Assembly (NCBI RefSeq): GCF_000018465.1
Contig: NC_010085.1
Span: 870,001 to 902,000, forward strand
Length of the DNA: 32,000 nt
Direction: 5' to 3'
Origin: Nitrosopumilus maritimus SCM1
GTDB lineage: Archaea > Thermoproteota > Nitrososphaeria > Nitrososphaerales > Nitrosopumilaceae
A program made the translations under genes and the position numbers. Below, one piece after another: positions 7,534 to 15,568 of this stretch (position 1 is the stretch's first letter; the number at the start of each line of letters is the position of its first letter). The notes beneath the pieces were generated by a model, which ran no database searches, was not told the origin of the DNA, and saw nothing but the letters and a program-made list of their open reading frames with translations.

Positions 7534-9155
7534 CTTAATCCTTCTGCTGTTCCATCACGTCTGACTTCGGCAACTCCTTGAAAACCATCTCCAGTTTGAC
7601 GTTTGAGTACAGCATGAATTGCACCCAAAAAGAAAGAGTATCGCTCTCTAATGTCAATTTTATATCCCATTTTTTTGAGATGTTTAATTATTTCAACAAG
7701 CGAATCGTCGTCCTCCAAACTAATTTTTCCATCAACAGTACAATGGATTCTAGGTTTTTCCATGGCTTGATCTATGGAATTATTGTGATCAATTACTCGA
7801 GAAATAAAATGACTCAATGTTGAAAATATTCTTGCACTGCCTGGAGTTCCCAATACCATCCATGGTTCATGATTGTAAAAAATTATTGAAGGACATACAG
7901 ATGTCCATGGAATAGCATTTGGACGTAGATAGAATGGATGGTTTGGATTATCAAACTCATATGCAGACATGTAATTATTATACAAAAATCCCAAACCATC
8001 AGCTGCTGCTTTTGAGCCATAAACCAGTTCTATGGACTGAGTAATTCCCACAGCATTTCCATCCTTGTCCATTACAGAAAGATGTGTTGTATCTTCAGTA
8101 TCAAGGGATTCTTTTAATGGAAGTGTTGGATCAATTGTATCTCTAATAGATTTTGCAAGCGTTTTTGCAAAATTCCTACTCAAGTGAATTTTTTTATCAA
8201 TTTGATGATATGTTTCAGGGTTAAATCTTCGTTGTTCTCTATACAACAATGCCTTTCGATGAGTTTCAGATACATAGTGATATGCTCTTGGAGTCCTAGT
8301 GAGAAACTTGGATGGAAGATTGTTTAACATCATCAACACCAACAACATTGTAGAACCAGCTCCTGGAGGAGGAACAGTATAAACGCGAATACCCCTATAT
8401 CTTCTGCTTATCACTTTTCTCTCAATAGGCATTGGGATTAGTGCAAGGTCTTCCTTTCTTAGGAATCCACGATTTAGTTTCATATCTTTGTCAATTAGTG
8501 TAGAAATCATTCCATGGTAAAATGAACGATAACCATATGTTGCTAATTGCTCAAGAGTGTATGCCAAATCATCTTGTACAAAAAGATCTCCTATTTCATA
8601 TGGTACTTCGCCGTCTTTAAGAAAATACTTTGCGCCAGATTTTGATTTAACTTTAAAGAAATTTTTGAGATGTTTTTCTTGCAGTTCATATTGTAGTTTT
8701 GTAATTCTATATCCTCTTTTAGCAATACGAATTGATGGTTTTACAATGGTTGACCAATCCAATTGCCCATATCGTTCATTAAGATAACCTAATGTTGCCA
8801 CAGTACTTGGCACAGTGGTTGCCTTGTACCCAATGAGGCTGCGAGAGCGTTTTTCAAAAAACGATATGTGTGCTAAAGAAGGAGCCCTGCTTGAACCATC
8901 AACAGCAAATGTCTTTCCATCAACATGCAAGATAGCCATTGATTGTCCGCCTATTCCGGATGCCTGAGGTTCACACACTCCCAAGGCCAATGCAGTAGCA
9001 CAAGCAGCATCTACTGCATTTCCTCCTTTTTTGAGCATTTCAACTCCTGCCTTTGTTGCATCAGGAAATGCAGATGCAACCATCCCATTTTTTGCAACAG
9101 AGCACTTTTTGTTCTTAGTTGTAACAAATGATTTTTCTATAGAACTTACATCCAA
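7530..9155 (-). CDS. ggt: Gamma-glutamyltransferase family protein
   Basis: 541 aa with GMVASAFPDATKAGVEMLKKGGNAVDAACATALALGV at the N-terminus and the autoprocessing/nucleophile region DTTHLSVMDKDGNAVGITQSIE. The track start is TTG (9155); an alternative ATG lies at 9083 (MVASAF...). Confidence 0.9.
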   Translation of the reverse strand: MDVSSIEKSFVTTKNKKCSVAKNGMVASAFPDATKAGVEMLKKGGNAVDAACATALALGVCEPQASGIGGQSMAILHVDGKTFAVDGSSRAPSLAHISFFEKRSRSLIGYKATTVPSTVATLGYLNERYGQLDWSTIVKPSIRIAKRGYRITKLQYELQEKHLKNFFKVKSKSGAKYFLKDGEVPYEIGDLFVQDDLAYTLEQLATYGYRSFYHGMISTLIDKDMKLNRGFLRKEDLALIPMPIERKVISRRYRGIRVYTVPPPGAGSTMLLVLMMLNNLPSKFLTRTPRAYHYVSETHRKALLYREQRRFNPETYHQIDKKIHLSRNFAKTLAKSIRDTIDPTLPLKESLDTEDTTHLSVMDKDGNAVGITQSIELVYGSKAAADGLGFLYNNYMSAYEFDNPNHPFYLRPNAIPWTSVCPSIIFYNHEPWMVLGTPGSARIFSTLSHFISRVIDHNNSIDQAMEKPRIHCTVDGKISLEDDDSLVEIIKHLKKMGYKIDIRERYSFFLGAIHAVLKRQTGDGFQGVAEVRRDGTAEGLR

Positions 9156-9168
9156 TCTGTTTTTTCTC

Positions 9169-9972
9169 CTAACTATGTGTTATATCCTTTCCACAGTGAG
9201 GACAAGTGTTATTTTTCTGCTCTTTTCTTTTTCTCAATTCTTCTGTAAATGCAGATGCCATGATACCTGTCGGAATAGCATATACTGCGATTCCCAAAAT
9301 AGCTACTATACTACCGACAATTTTTCCCATGAGAGTTATTGGATAAGTATCCCCATATCCAATTGTAGTTAAAGTAATGATTCCCCACCACATAGATGCA
9401 GGAATACTTGAGAAAATCTCTGGTTGAGCATCTTTTTCTGCATGATACATCAGGCTAGATGCAAAAATAAGAACAACAAACAGGATGAAAAATGCGACAG
9501 ACAAATCTCCTGCTTTTGCCTTAAAGACATTACCCAGAGTCTGCATAGAGTCAGAATATCTTGCGAGTTTGAACAATCTAAATAATCTCAAAAGTCGTAT
9601 TATTCTGATGAATCTAATATCCATAACCACAAATGGTAAGAAGAATGGCAATATGGCTGCTAAATCAACTAGCATCATAGGAGTAAAGACAAATCGTAGA
9701 ATTCCAAATTTTTTGTTTTGATATTTTGGGTTTAATTTACAAACAATTATTCTTCCAGCATATTCTAAAGTAAAAACAATTACAGAAAATACTTCAAATG
9801 GAGTGAACAAATAACCATATTCATCCAAAACAGATTCTTCTGTTTCAATAATTACAAAGAGAACATTAACTGAAATTAAAGCTATGATAAAATATTGAAA
9901 TATTTTTGTGATTTTATCATTAGTTGTTCCTTCTAAAATCTCATAGGTTCGTTGAAGTACTTTGTTTGGCAT
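9169..9972 (-). CDS. Voltage-gated-type K+ channel (6TM, S4 Arg ladder, TIGYGD filter) with a short C-terminal CxxC tail
   Basis: 267 aa. S4-like IRFIRIIRLLRLFRLFKLAR, selectivity filter TLTTIGYGD, C-terminus NNTCPHCGKDITHS. Confidence 0.9.
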   Translation of the reverse strand: MPNKVLQRTYEILEGTTNDKITKIFQYFIIALISVNVLFVIIETEESVLDEYGYLFTPFEVFSVIVFTLEYAGRIIVCKLNPKYQNKKFGILRFVFTPMMLVDLAAILPFFLPFVVMDIRFIRIIRLLRLFRLFKLARYSDSMQTLGNVFKAKAGDLSVAFFILFVVLIFASSLMYHAEKDAQPEIFSSIPASMWWGIITLTTIGYGDTYPITLMGKIVGSIVAILGIAVYAIPTGIMASAFTEELRKRKEQKNNTCPHCGKDITHS

Positions 9973-9975
9973 ATG

Positions 9976-11619
9976 TTACAACCATTGTTTTTTCTTAAAC
10001 CACGCAAGCATTGCCATTACAATTATTACCATTACAAAAATCATAACAAAATAACTGCCCTCCCATTCTAATTCAGGAATGTATTGAAAGTTTGTACCAT
10101 AAATTCCAGCAATGAATGTTATTGGAATGAAGATGCTTGCAATTATTGTCAATGTTTTCATGATTTCATTCATTTTATTACTCACACTAGACAGATAGGT
10201 ATCCAACATTCCCCCAATCATATCTCTTAGTCCTTCAATGTTATCCATAACTTGAACAGTATGACCATAAACATCACGAAGGTATCTTTTTGTTCTGTCT
10301 TCAATTAATTCAGAATCAGTTCTCTCCAAACTATCAATCACCTCACGTAGAGGCCAAATGGACTTTCTTAGAACCACCATTTCTCGTTTGAGCGTATGAA
10401 TTACTTCTAATGTTTGAGCAGTAGGATTTGACATTAATTCTTCTTCAAGGACTTCAGTCCTGGCTCCAATGTGTTCCATAACTACGTAAAAGTGGTCTAT
10501 TACTGCATCAATTAGAGCATAAGCAAGATAATCGCTCTTCTTGGTTCTTAATGCGCCTATAGACTTTTCAAGTCTCTCTCTAATTGGATTAAAGACATCA
10601 TCTTCGGTCTCTTGGAAAGATATGACAAAATCTTTTCCCAAAATAAGACTGATCTGCTCCATGAATAATTTTCCTTCATTTGTAATATGAGGTAGTTTTA
10701 AGATCAAAAACAAATTTTCATCTTGGGCGTCTAGTTTGGGTCTTAGTTGTGTGTTCATGATATCGGCTTGTGTAAGGATATGTAGATTATAGTATTGACC
10801 AATTTTCCTAATAAGATCTGGGTTATGAAGTCCTACAATATTGGTCCAAGAAACAAGGGAGTTGTCATGAGTGTTTAAGCAATCATCAATATTTTCAAAA
10901 TCTTTTACGGTGTGATTATTCACATCATATTCAATTTGTTGAATTAATACTTTCTTGACATGCTGTTCACCAACATGCACTAGTGCTCCAGGTTGAAGTC
11001 CAACGGTATCAGATAATGTCGTAACATCATCATCTTTTTTTGACATTAATTTTGAAAATTTGGAAAATTCTGAAATATCAACTTTCTTTGTCAACTCTTT
11101 AACTTTTGCAGTTTTACTAGCAACACCAACTATTATGAATCCAGCAATAATTGAAAATACAATACTTACAACAAGAGGTATAAAATCCCCGTTACTTGCA
11201 GCAGCATAAATAGCCTGAACATCAGTTGCAGAATCAATTTTTACTATAGAGCCAAGTATTGAATCAAGTAAGAAAAACAAGAAAGAGATTATTGCACCAA
11301 TCACAATTGCAGTAACAGCAGTTATTTTTGGAGGGATGTCAATGTCTGGTTCATTTTTGTAAGGAGAGATGTATTTTTTGTATCGTACAATTATCAAAGA
11401 AAGAGCAGTAATAATAATTGTAGAAATAATCCACCAGAAGATAAGCAAGTATCCCTGTTCTTTTTCAATGTGTTCAAATCCAGTGATAAGATCTTGAATG
11501 TTTCCAGTTAAAGGAATGGATAACAAAGACGTAGCAACTGCGACAACGATTTGATACAAAAATGCAAAGACAAAGCCATACACAAGTCGATTTACAACCA
11601 AACCAGCTACATTTGTCAA
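9976..11619 (-). CDS. corA: CorA-family divalent cation (Mg2+/Co2+) transporter with an N-terminal extension of about 190 aa carrying 4 predicted TM helices
   Basis: 547 aa. The C-terminal part has a CorA-like layout ending in two TM helices with IAGIYGTNFQYIPELEW (GTN in place of the canonical GMN). The N-terminal 190 aa contain four long hydrophobic segments in the same uninterrupted frame. TTG start overlaps the CNNM stop (TTGA). Confidence 0.85.
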   Translation of the reverse strand: MTNVAGLVVNRLVYGFVFAFLYQIVVAVATSLLSIPLTGNIQDLITGFEHIEKEQGYLLIFWWIISTIIITALSLIIVRYKKYISPYKNEPDIDIPPKITAVTAIVIGAIISFLFFLLDSILGSIVKIDSATDVQAIYAAASNGDFIPLVVSIVFSIIAGFIIVGVASKTAKVKELTKKVDISEFSKFSKLMSKKDDDVTTLSDTVGLQPGALVHVGEQHVKKVLIQQIEYDVNNHTVKDFENIDDCLNTHDNSLVSWTNIVGLHNPDLIRKIGQYYNLHILTQADIMNTQLRPKLDAQDENLFLILKLPHITNEGKLFMEQISLILGKDFVISFQETEDDVFNPIRERLEKSIGALRTKKSDYLAYALIDAVIDHFYVVMEHIGARTEVLEEELMSNPTAQTLEVIHTLKREMVVLRKSIWPLREVIDSLERTDSELIEDRTKRYLRDVYGHTVQVMDNIEGLRDMIGGMLDTYLSSVSNKMNEIMKTLTIIASIFIPITFIAGIYGTNFQYIPELEWEGSYFVMIFVMVIIVMAMLAWFKKKQWL

Positions 11620-12884
11620 TCTAGATTCTCCTCAAGAGGTTTTTTCTTAGTAATTCGTAAGGAAACAGGTTTGTTTTTTGAAACCTTTTCAACCTTGATT
11701 TCTAATGCATCAATGTTTATGACATTTCCAACTTGAGGAATATCATGAAGTTTCTCATGCAACAAGCCATTTAATGTAGAATAATCATCACCTCTAGGAA
11801 GATTGGATTTGAAGATTTCATTAATCTCGTCTATTTCAATTTCTCCATTTGCAAGAATTACATCATTATTGATTTTTTGATAATGAGGACTCTTTAGATC
11901 AGTCTCATCATGAATTTCGCCAACTATCTCTTCAATAAGATCTTCTAGAGTAACAAGGCCTTCAACGCCACCAAATTCATCAACAACTATGGCCATATGG
12001 GTATTTTTTGCCTGCATTTGTTTGAGAAGTTCGCTCATTCGTTTTTCCTGAGACACATAGATTGGTTCTCTTACAAATTCTCGTAGTTTCATTTTTTGCA
12101 GTTCTTTATCTTTTAGATGTTTGAGAATATCTCTTACATGAAGAATACCAAGTATGTCATCATGATCCTTTCCATATATGGGGATTCTAGAATGACCACT
12201 CTTGTGAATCTTATCTGCAGCTGTAATTAGTTCCATATCTCCATGCAAACTAAACATTCTAGTTCTTGGCATCATTACAGATCTTATCACAGTATCATCA
12301 AATTTGAGAGCACCGTAAAGTAAATCTCGTTCAGATTTTTCTAAAGCTTCATCTCTATGACCCTGAGCAATAATTCCTTTAATTTCATCCTCAGTTAGGG
12401 CAGGAGGTTGATAATCACTTCCAGTTATTTTGATAATTCCACGAGTTATCTTTTCAAGAATCCAAACTGCAGGATAGAAAACATAACTGAATGTTAACAA
12501 AATTCTACTGCATCGTAAAGCAACTTTTGTGGCATTTGCATTACAATAAGTTTTTGGAGTTACTTCACCAAATATTATTACAAGAAAAGTCATAATACCA
12601 ACTGCAATTCCCACTCCGTTATCTCCAAAAATTTCAATTGCAACTATAGTAGCAAGGGATGCAGAGCCTATATTGACAAGATTATTTCCAAGATTGACAC
12701 TAGACATCATCCATCCAGGATTGGCCTTTAATTTCTGAAGAGATTTTGCGCCCTTTACATTATCTTTGACGAGTCTCTCAATTGTGGCTTGACTTGTACC
12801 CACAAGTGCAACTTCAAGACCACTGAAAAAACCAGAAAGACCAATTAGACCTGCAAGTGCAGCTAGTTGATATTCTAAGCTCAA
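11616..12884 (-). CDS. CNNM/CorC-type transporter (DUF21 TM domain, CBS pair, CorC_HlyC C-terminal domain)
   Basis: 422 aa. N-terminus AALAGLIGLSGFFSGLEVALV, typical of DUF21, then VMMPRTRMFSL...HSRIPIY...ILHVRDIL (CBS pair) and MAIVVDEFGGVEGLVTLEDLIEEIVGEI, then a CorC_HlyC-like tail. TTG start overlaps the upstream stop (TTGA). Confidence 0.85.
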   Translation of the reverse strand: MSLEYQLAALAGLIGLSGFFSGLEVALVGTSQATIERLVKDNVKGAKSLQKLKANPGWMMSSVNLGNNLVNIGSASLATIVAIEIFGDNGVGIAVGIMTFLVIIFGEVTPKTYCNANATKVALRCSRILLTFSYVFYPAVWILEKITRGIIKITGSDYQPPALTEDEIKGIIAQGHRDEALEKSERDLLYGALKFDDTVIRSVMMPRTRMFSLHGDMELITAADKIHKSGHSRIPIYGKDHDDILGILHVRDILKHLKDKELQKMKLREFVREPIYVSQEKRMSELLKQMQAKNTHMAIVVDEFGGVEGLVTLEDLIEEIVGEIHDETDLKSPHYQKINNDVILANGEIEIDEINEIFKSNLPRGDDYSTLNGLLHEKLHDIPQVGNVINIDALEIKVEKVSKNKPVSLRITKKKPLEENLD

Positions 12885-15049
12885 TTTCCACTACACCTAT
12901 ACAACACAGATGCAAGCAGAGCAGAACGTTCTGTGATGCTATCATGAAGTATGTATTCTTGTGTAGAGCGATATTTGTGACCAACAGGACCAAACCCATC
13001 TAGTGCAGGCAATCTTGAAGGCACATTACTAATATCTGAGGACATTATCTGTTCATGGCGTCTTATTTTTAATTCATGTTTTTTAGCCAAATCTTCTACT
13101 TGCTCGTAGAATTTTTTATCAGATTCTTCTTCAATGACTGGAGGTCTTGTTTGTATTTGATTAATTGCAACTTCCAAATTTTTTTGTCCGGATTCTTTTT
13201 TTTGCATAATAGTTCGAATTTTAGAATCCATTGTTTTACCTAATGCAGGAGTTTTAAAACTACAAACTATAGATAACGTTGCATAATTTGGCGCATGGCC
13301 ATGAGTGCCTTGAGCTATAACAGATGTTGTTCTCAGACGATAATTTTTTTCATCTTTTGAAAGTTTTTCAATTGCTGTAATCTTTTTACCAAGTATAGGA
13401 ATTATTCCATGAATATCAGAGGATGTGGAATTAGGAGTGGTGAATCGAATTTGATAGTCATTTCTTCCATAACAAGTAGTAATTATACCTCCATCTTTGC
13501 TTGCAGATTTTAATCCTATAACATACTTTGATTTTTTAGAATATTGTTGGACAAGTTTTTTACTAAAACGTCCGCCTAGACTATCATCGGTTGTAAGCAA
13601 GACACCACATTTTATTTTCTTTAGACGTTTTGCAAAGCGTAAAGCATGCAATGCACCCAGCATTACAGTTAGACCGCCCTTACTTTCAGCTATTCCTGAA
13701 CCGTAAATCCTATCATCATCTTCAAAATACGAGATTAAATCATTTGGACCATAATGAGTATCCATATGAGATATTATCAGAACATCGTTTTTCTCATCCT
13801 CATGGTTCTTAAAATAATGAAAATCTCCAATCTCAAACTGCCTGTGCAAATGCTCAGAGAAGCCCAAGTGTTTCATCCTCCTAGACAACATTGTGCCTAA
13901 TTTGTTTACATTATCGATGTTATGTACATGCGTATTCAAGTTAACAAAATCTTTCAAAGTGTCTTTTTGGTTTTGTAGGTGACTTCTCAGATAAGTGCGT
14001 GCAACAATCCGCAGTGGTTGTGTAAGGTCAGGTTCATGTTCAGTTTCAGGCAATTGAGACGAACCAAAATATCTCATGGTTGCAACGTCTAAAATTTTAT
14101 TGATTAAAGATTCGTAAGTGTATCCAGCTGTTTTTGCGGCATAAAACAAAGAACCACCCATTCCCAAACTCGCCATGGAATTTAGTTCTAGAATGTAGAT
14201 ATTCTCATCTTTATCCATTCTAAAGTCAACTCTAGTATAGTCATTAAGACCCAAAGCTGTGAATGCATCAATGCAAATCTTTTTCATATATTCTGTTTTT
14301 TCTTTGGATAATTTTGCAGGACATGTTTTATCAACACCACCTGTTTTCTTTTTATCTGAAATTGTTTGAATTTTGTCAGGATCTCCAAGATTAATTTCAA
14401 CGATTGGAAGAACCTCAATGTTTGGACTGTTCCCAATTAATCCTACTGCAAACTCTCGTCCAGAGATAAATTGTTCTACTAGAATGTCTTGTTGATATTT
14501 TTCAATCTGAACTTTGACAGCATTTCGCAAATCATCCCAATTATCAACTACTTCCATTCCCATAGAAGTTGATTCTAGTTTTGGTTTTACAATTACGGGG
14601 AAAACTAGATCATCAAATTTATCGTCTGGTGTCTTGAATACCCAAAAACCAGGGGTTGGGATATTATTTTTTTGAAGAACAATTTTGGTCATCACCTTAT
14701 CTTGTACAATTGCATGACCTGCAGGACCAGAGCCAATGTAAGGAATCCCAAGCATCTCCATCATGGCTGGAACATGTGTGTACCTATTTTGCCCTTGAAT
14801 TCCATATGCCATATTGAAAACCATCCCTGGCTTTTCGCCTGAAACTACTTTGGGCATAAACTCACGTAATTCATCAGCAAGATGGATATCACCTTCAATA
14901 ACTTTGACAGAATGACCTCCTTTCTCTAATGCTCTTGCAACTCTTTCAACAGCTTTTGAGCTGTAATGCTCTTTTGTTGTCATTCCAAAAACATTGATGA
15001 CATCATTTGGATCTATCTTCTTTTCATTATAGATTAGTGATACTTTCAT
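12881..15049 (-). CDS. Fusion protein: D-Ala-D-Ala-ligase-type ATP-grasp domain (N-terminal half) plus M20 metallopeptidase-like domain (C-terminal half)
   Basis: ATP-grasp motifs: MKVSLIYNE..., GIPYIGSG, QDKVMTK, EQFISGREFAVG, TRVDFRMDKDENIYILELNS. M20-like motifs: IISHMDTHYGP, GSGIAESKGG, LLTTDDSLGG, GFGPVGHKYRSTQEY. I prefer the ATG at 15049 (MKVSLIY) over the track start at 15112, because the extra 21 codons overlap the upstream mini-ORF and Ddl-like proteins typically begin at this motif. Confidence 0.85.
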   Translation of the reverse strand: MKVSLIYNEKKIDPNDVINVFGMTTKEHYSSKAVERVARALEKGGHSVKVIEGDIHLADELREFMPKVVSGEKPGMVFNMAYGIQGQNRYTHVPAMMEMLGIPYIGSGPAGHAIVQDKVMTKIVLQKNNIPTPGFWVFKTPDDKFDDLVFPVIVKPKLESTSMGMEVVDNWDDLRNAVKVQIEKYQQDILVEQFISGREFAVGLIGNSPNIEVLPIVEINLGDPDKIQTISDKKKTGGVDKTCPAKLSKEKTEYMKKICIDAFTALGLNDYTRVDFRMDKDENIYILELNSMASLGMGGSLFYAAKTAGYTYESLINKILDVATMRYFGSSQLPETEHEPDLTQPLRIVARTYLRSHLQNQKDTLKDFVNLNTHVHNIDNVNKLGTMLSRRMKHLGFSEHLHRQFEIGDFHYFKNHEDEKNDVLIISHMDTHYGPNDLISYFEDDDRIYGSGIAESKGGLTVMLGALHALRFAKRLKKIKCGVLLTTDDSLGGRFSKKLVQQYSKKSKYVIGLKSASKDGGIITTCYGRNDYQIRFTTPNSTSSDIHGIIPILGKKITAIEKLSKDEKNYRLRTTSVIAQGTHGHAPNYATLSIVCSFKTPALGKTMDSKIRTIMQKKESGQKNLEVAINQIQTRPPVIEEESDKKFYEQVEDLAKKHELKIRRHEQIMSSDISNVPSRLPALDGFGPVGHKYRSTQEYILHDSITERSALLASVLYRCSGN

Positions 15050-15084
15050 GAGATATTCACAATATTTTTTGATTGTATTTAATT

Positions 15085-15246
15085 TTAATTTGGTTGGGAT
15101 TTGAGAATCCATGCCTGTTCATTGACATCATGACATTTGCAGTCAGGAGCCTTACCTTTACAGTTTTTTTGGTGTAACTTTGCATCACATTTGTTACAGT
15201 CAGGATCTCTCCAACTTGCTTGATTTCCACAATTCGGGCATCGCAT
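15085..15246 (-). CDS. 53-aa Cys-rich zinc-ribbon mini-protein, first gene of the array
   Basis: Own translation, not in the track: MRCPNCGNQASWRDPDCNKCDAKLHQKNCKGKAPDCKCHDVNEQAWILKSQPN. It has two CxxC knuckles plus three more Cys and two His. TATA-like TTTAAA lies 23 nt upstream of the ATG. Confidence 0.45.
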   Translation of the reverse strand: MRCPNCGNQASWRDPDCNKCDAKLHQKNCKGKAPDCKCHDVNEQAWILKSQPN

Positions 15247-15269
15247 ATATTTTGATATTTCTTTAATGC

Positions 15270-15275
15270 TTTAAA
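15270..15275 (-). promoter_or_regulatory. TATA-like box (TTTAAA) for the mini-ORF / ATP-grasp array
   Basis: The minus strand reads TTCTTTAAAGC, with 23 nt between the box and the ATG at 15246. Confidence 0.4.
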
Positions 15276-15568
15276 GAATGATGTTTTTGAGTTCATACAA
15301 AAACCAAATAACTAGTTGTTTTAATTCAGATCCAAGTCAACTAAAATGAAACAAAAAATGGCATCATACAACTAATTATCCAAATACTGCACACCTATGA
15401 TTAAATAAAAAAGTGTCAAGTGTTTGTCAATGAATTTTCAGATATGAAATTAACTACTTTTTTGAAGAATTACTATCATGGTAAAAGAATTCTTTGAATT
15501 CATCTGGGATTTGGTCTCAGGAAACTAATTTTTCTTTTTTTCTAATTGTTATGTTACAACAGATTTGA

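Noticed and set aside
15050-15112. Long N-terminal extension of the ATP-grasp::M20 ORF (track start at 15112)
   Set aside because: The extra 21 codons (MDSQIPTKLKLNTIKKYCEYL) overlap the mini-ORF, and Ddl-like proteins typically begin at the MKVSLIYNE-type motif. The start at 15049 is adopted, but this is not proven.
15085-15246. Calling the 53-aa mini-protein a bona fide LysW/ArgW
   Set aside because: It lacks the acidic C-terminal tail ending in Glu (EDWGE-type) that is the attachment site in LysW. The adjacent ligase is Ddl-type rather than RimK/LysX-type, and no LysY/Z/J genes are nearby. Only the architectural analogy is retained.
15057-15296. 79-aa track ORF upstream of the ATP-grasp gene
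   Set aside because: The sequence is featureless, and it would include the TTTAAA box and overlap the ATP-grasp start region. A different frame yields a coherent 53-aa CxxC protein with correct promoter spacing, so that reading is preferred.
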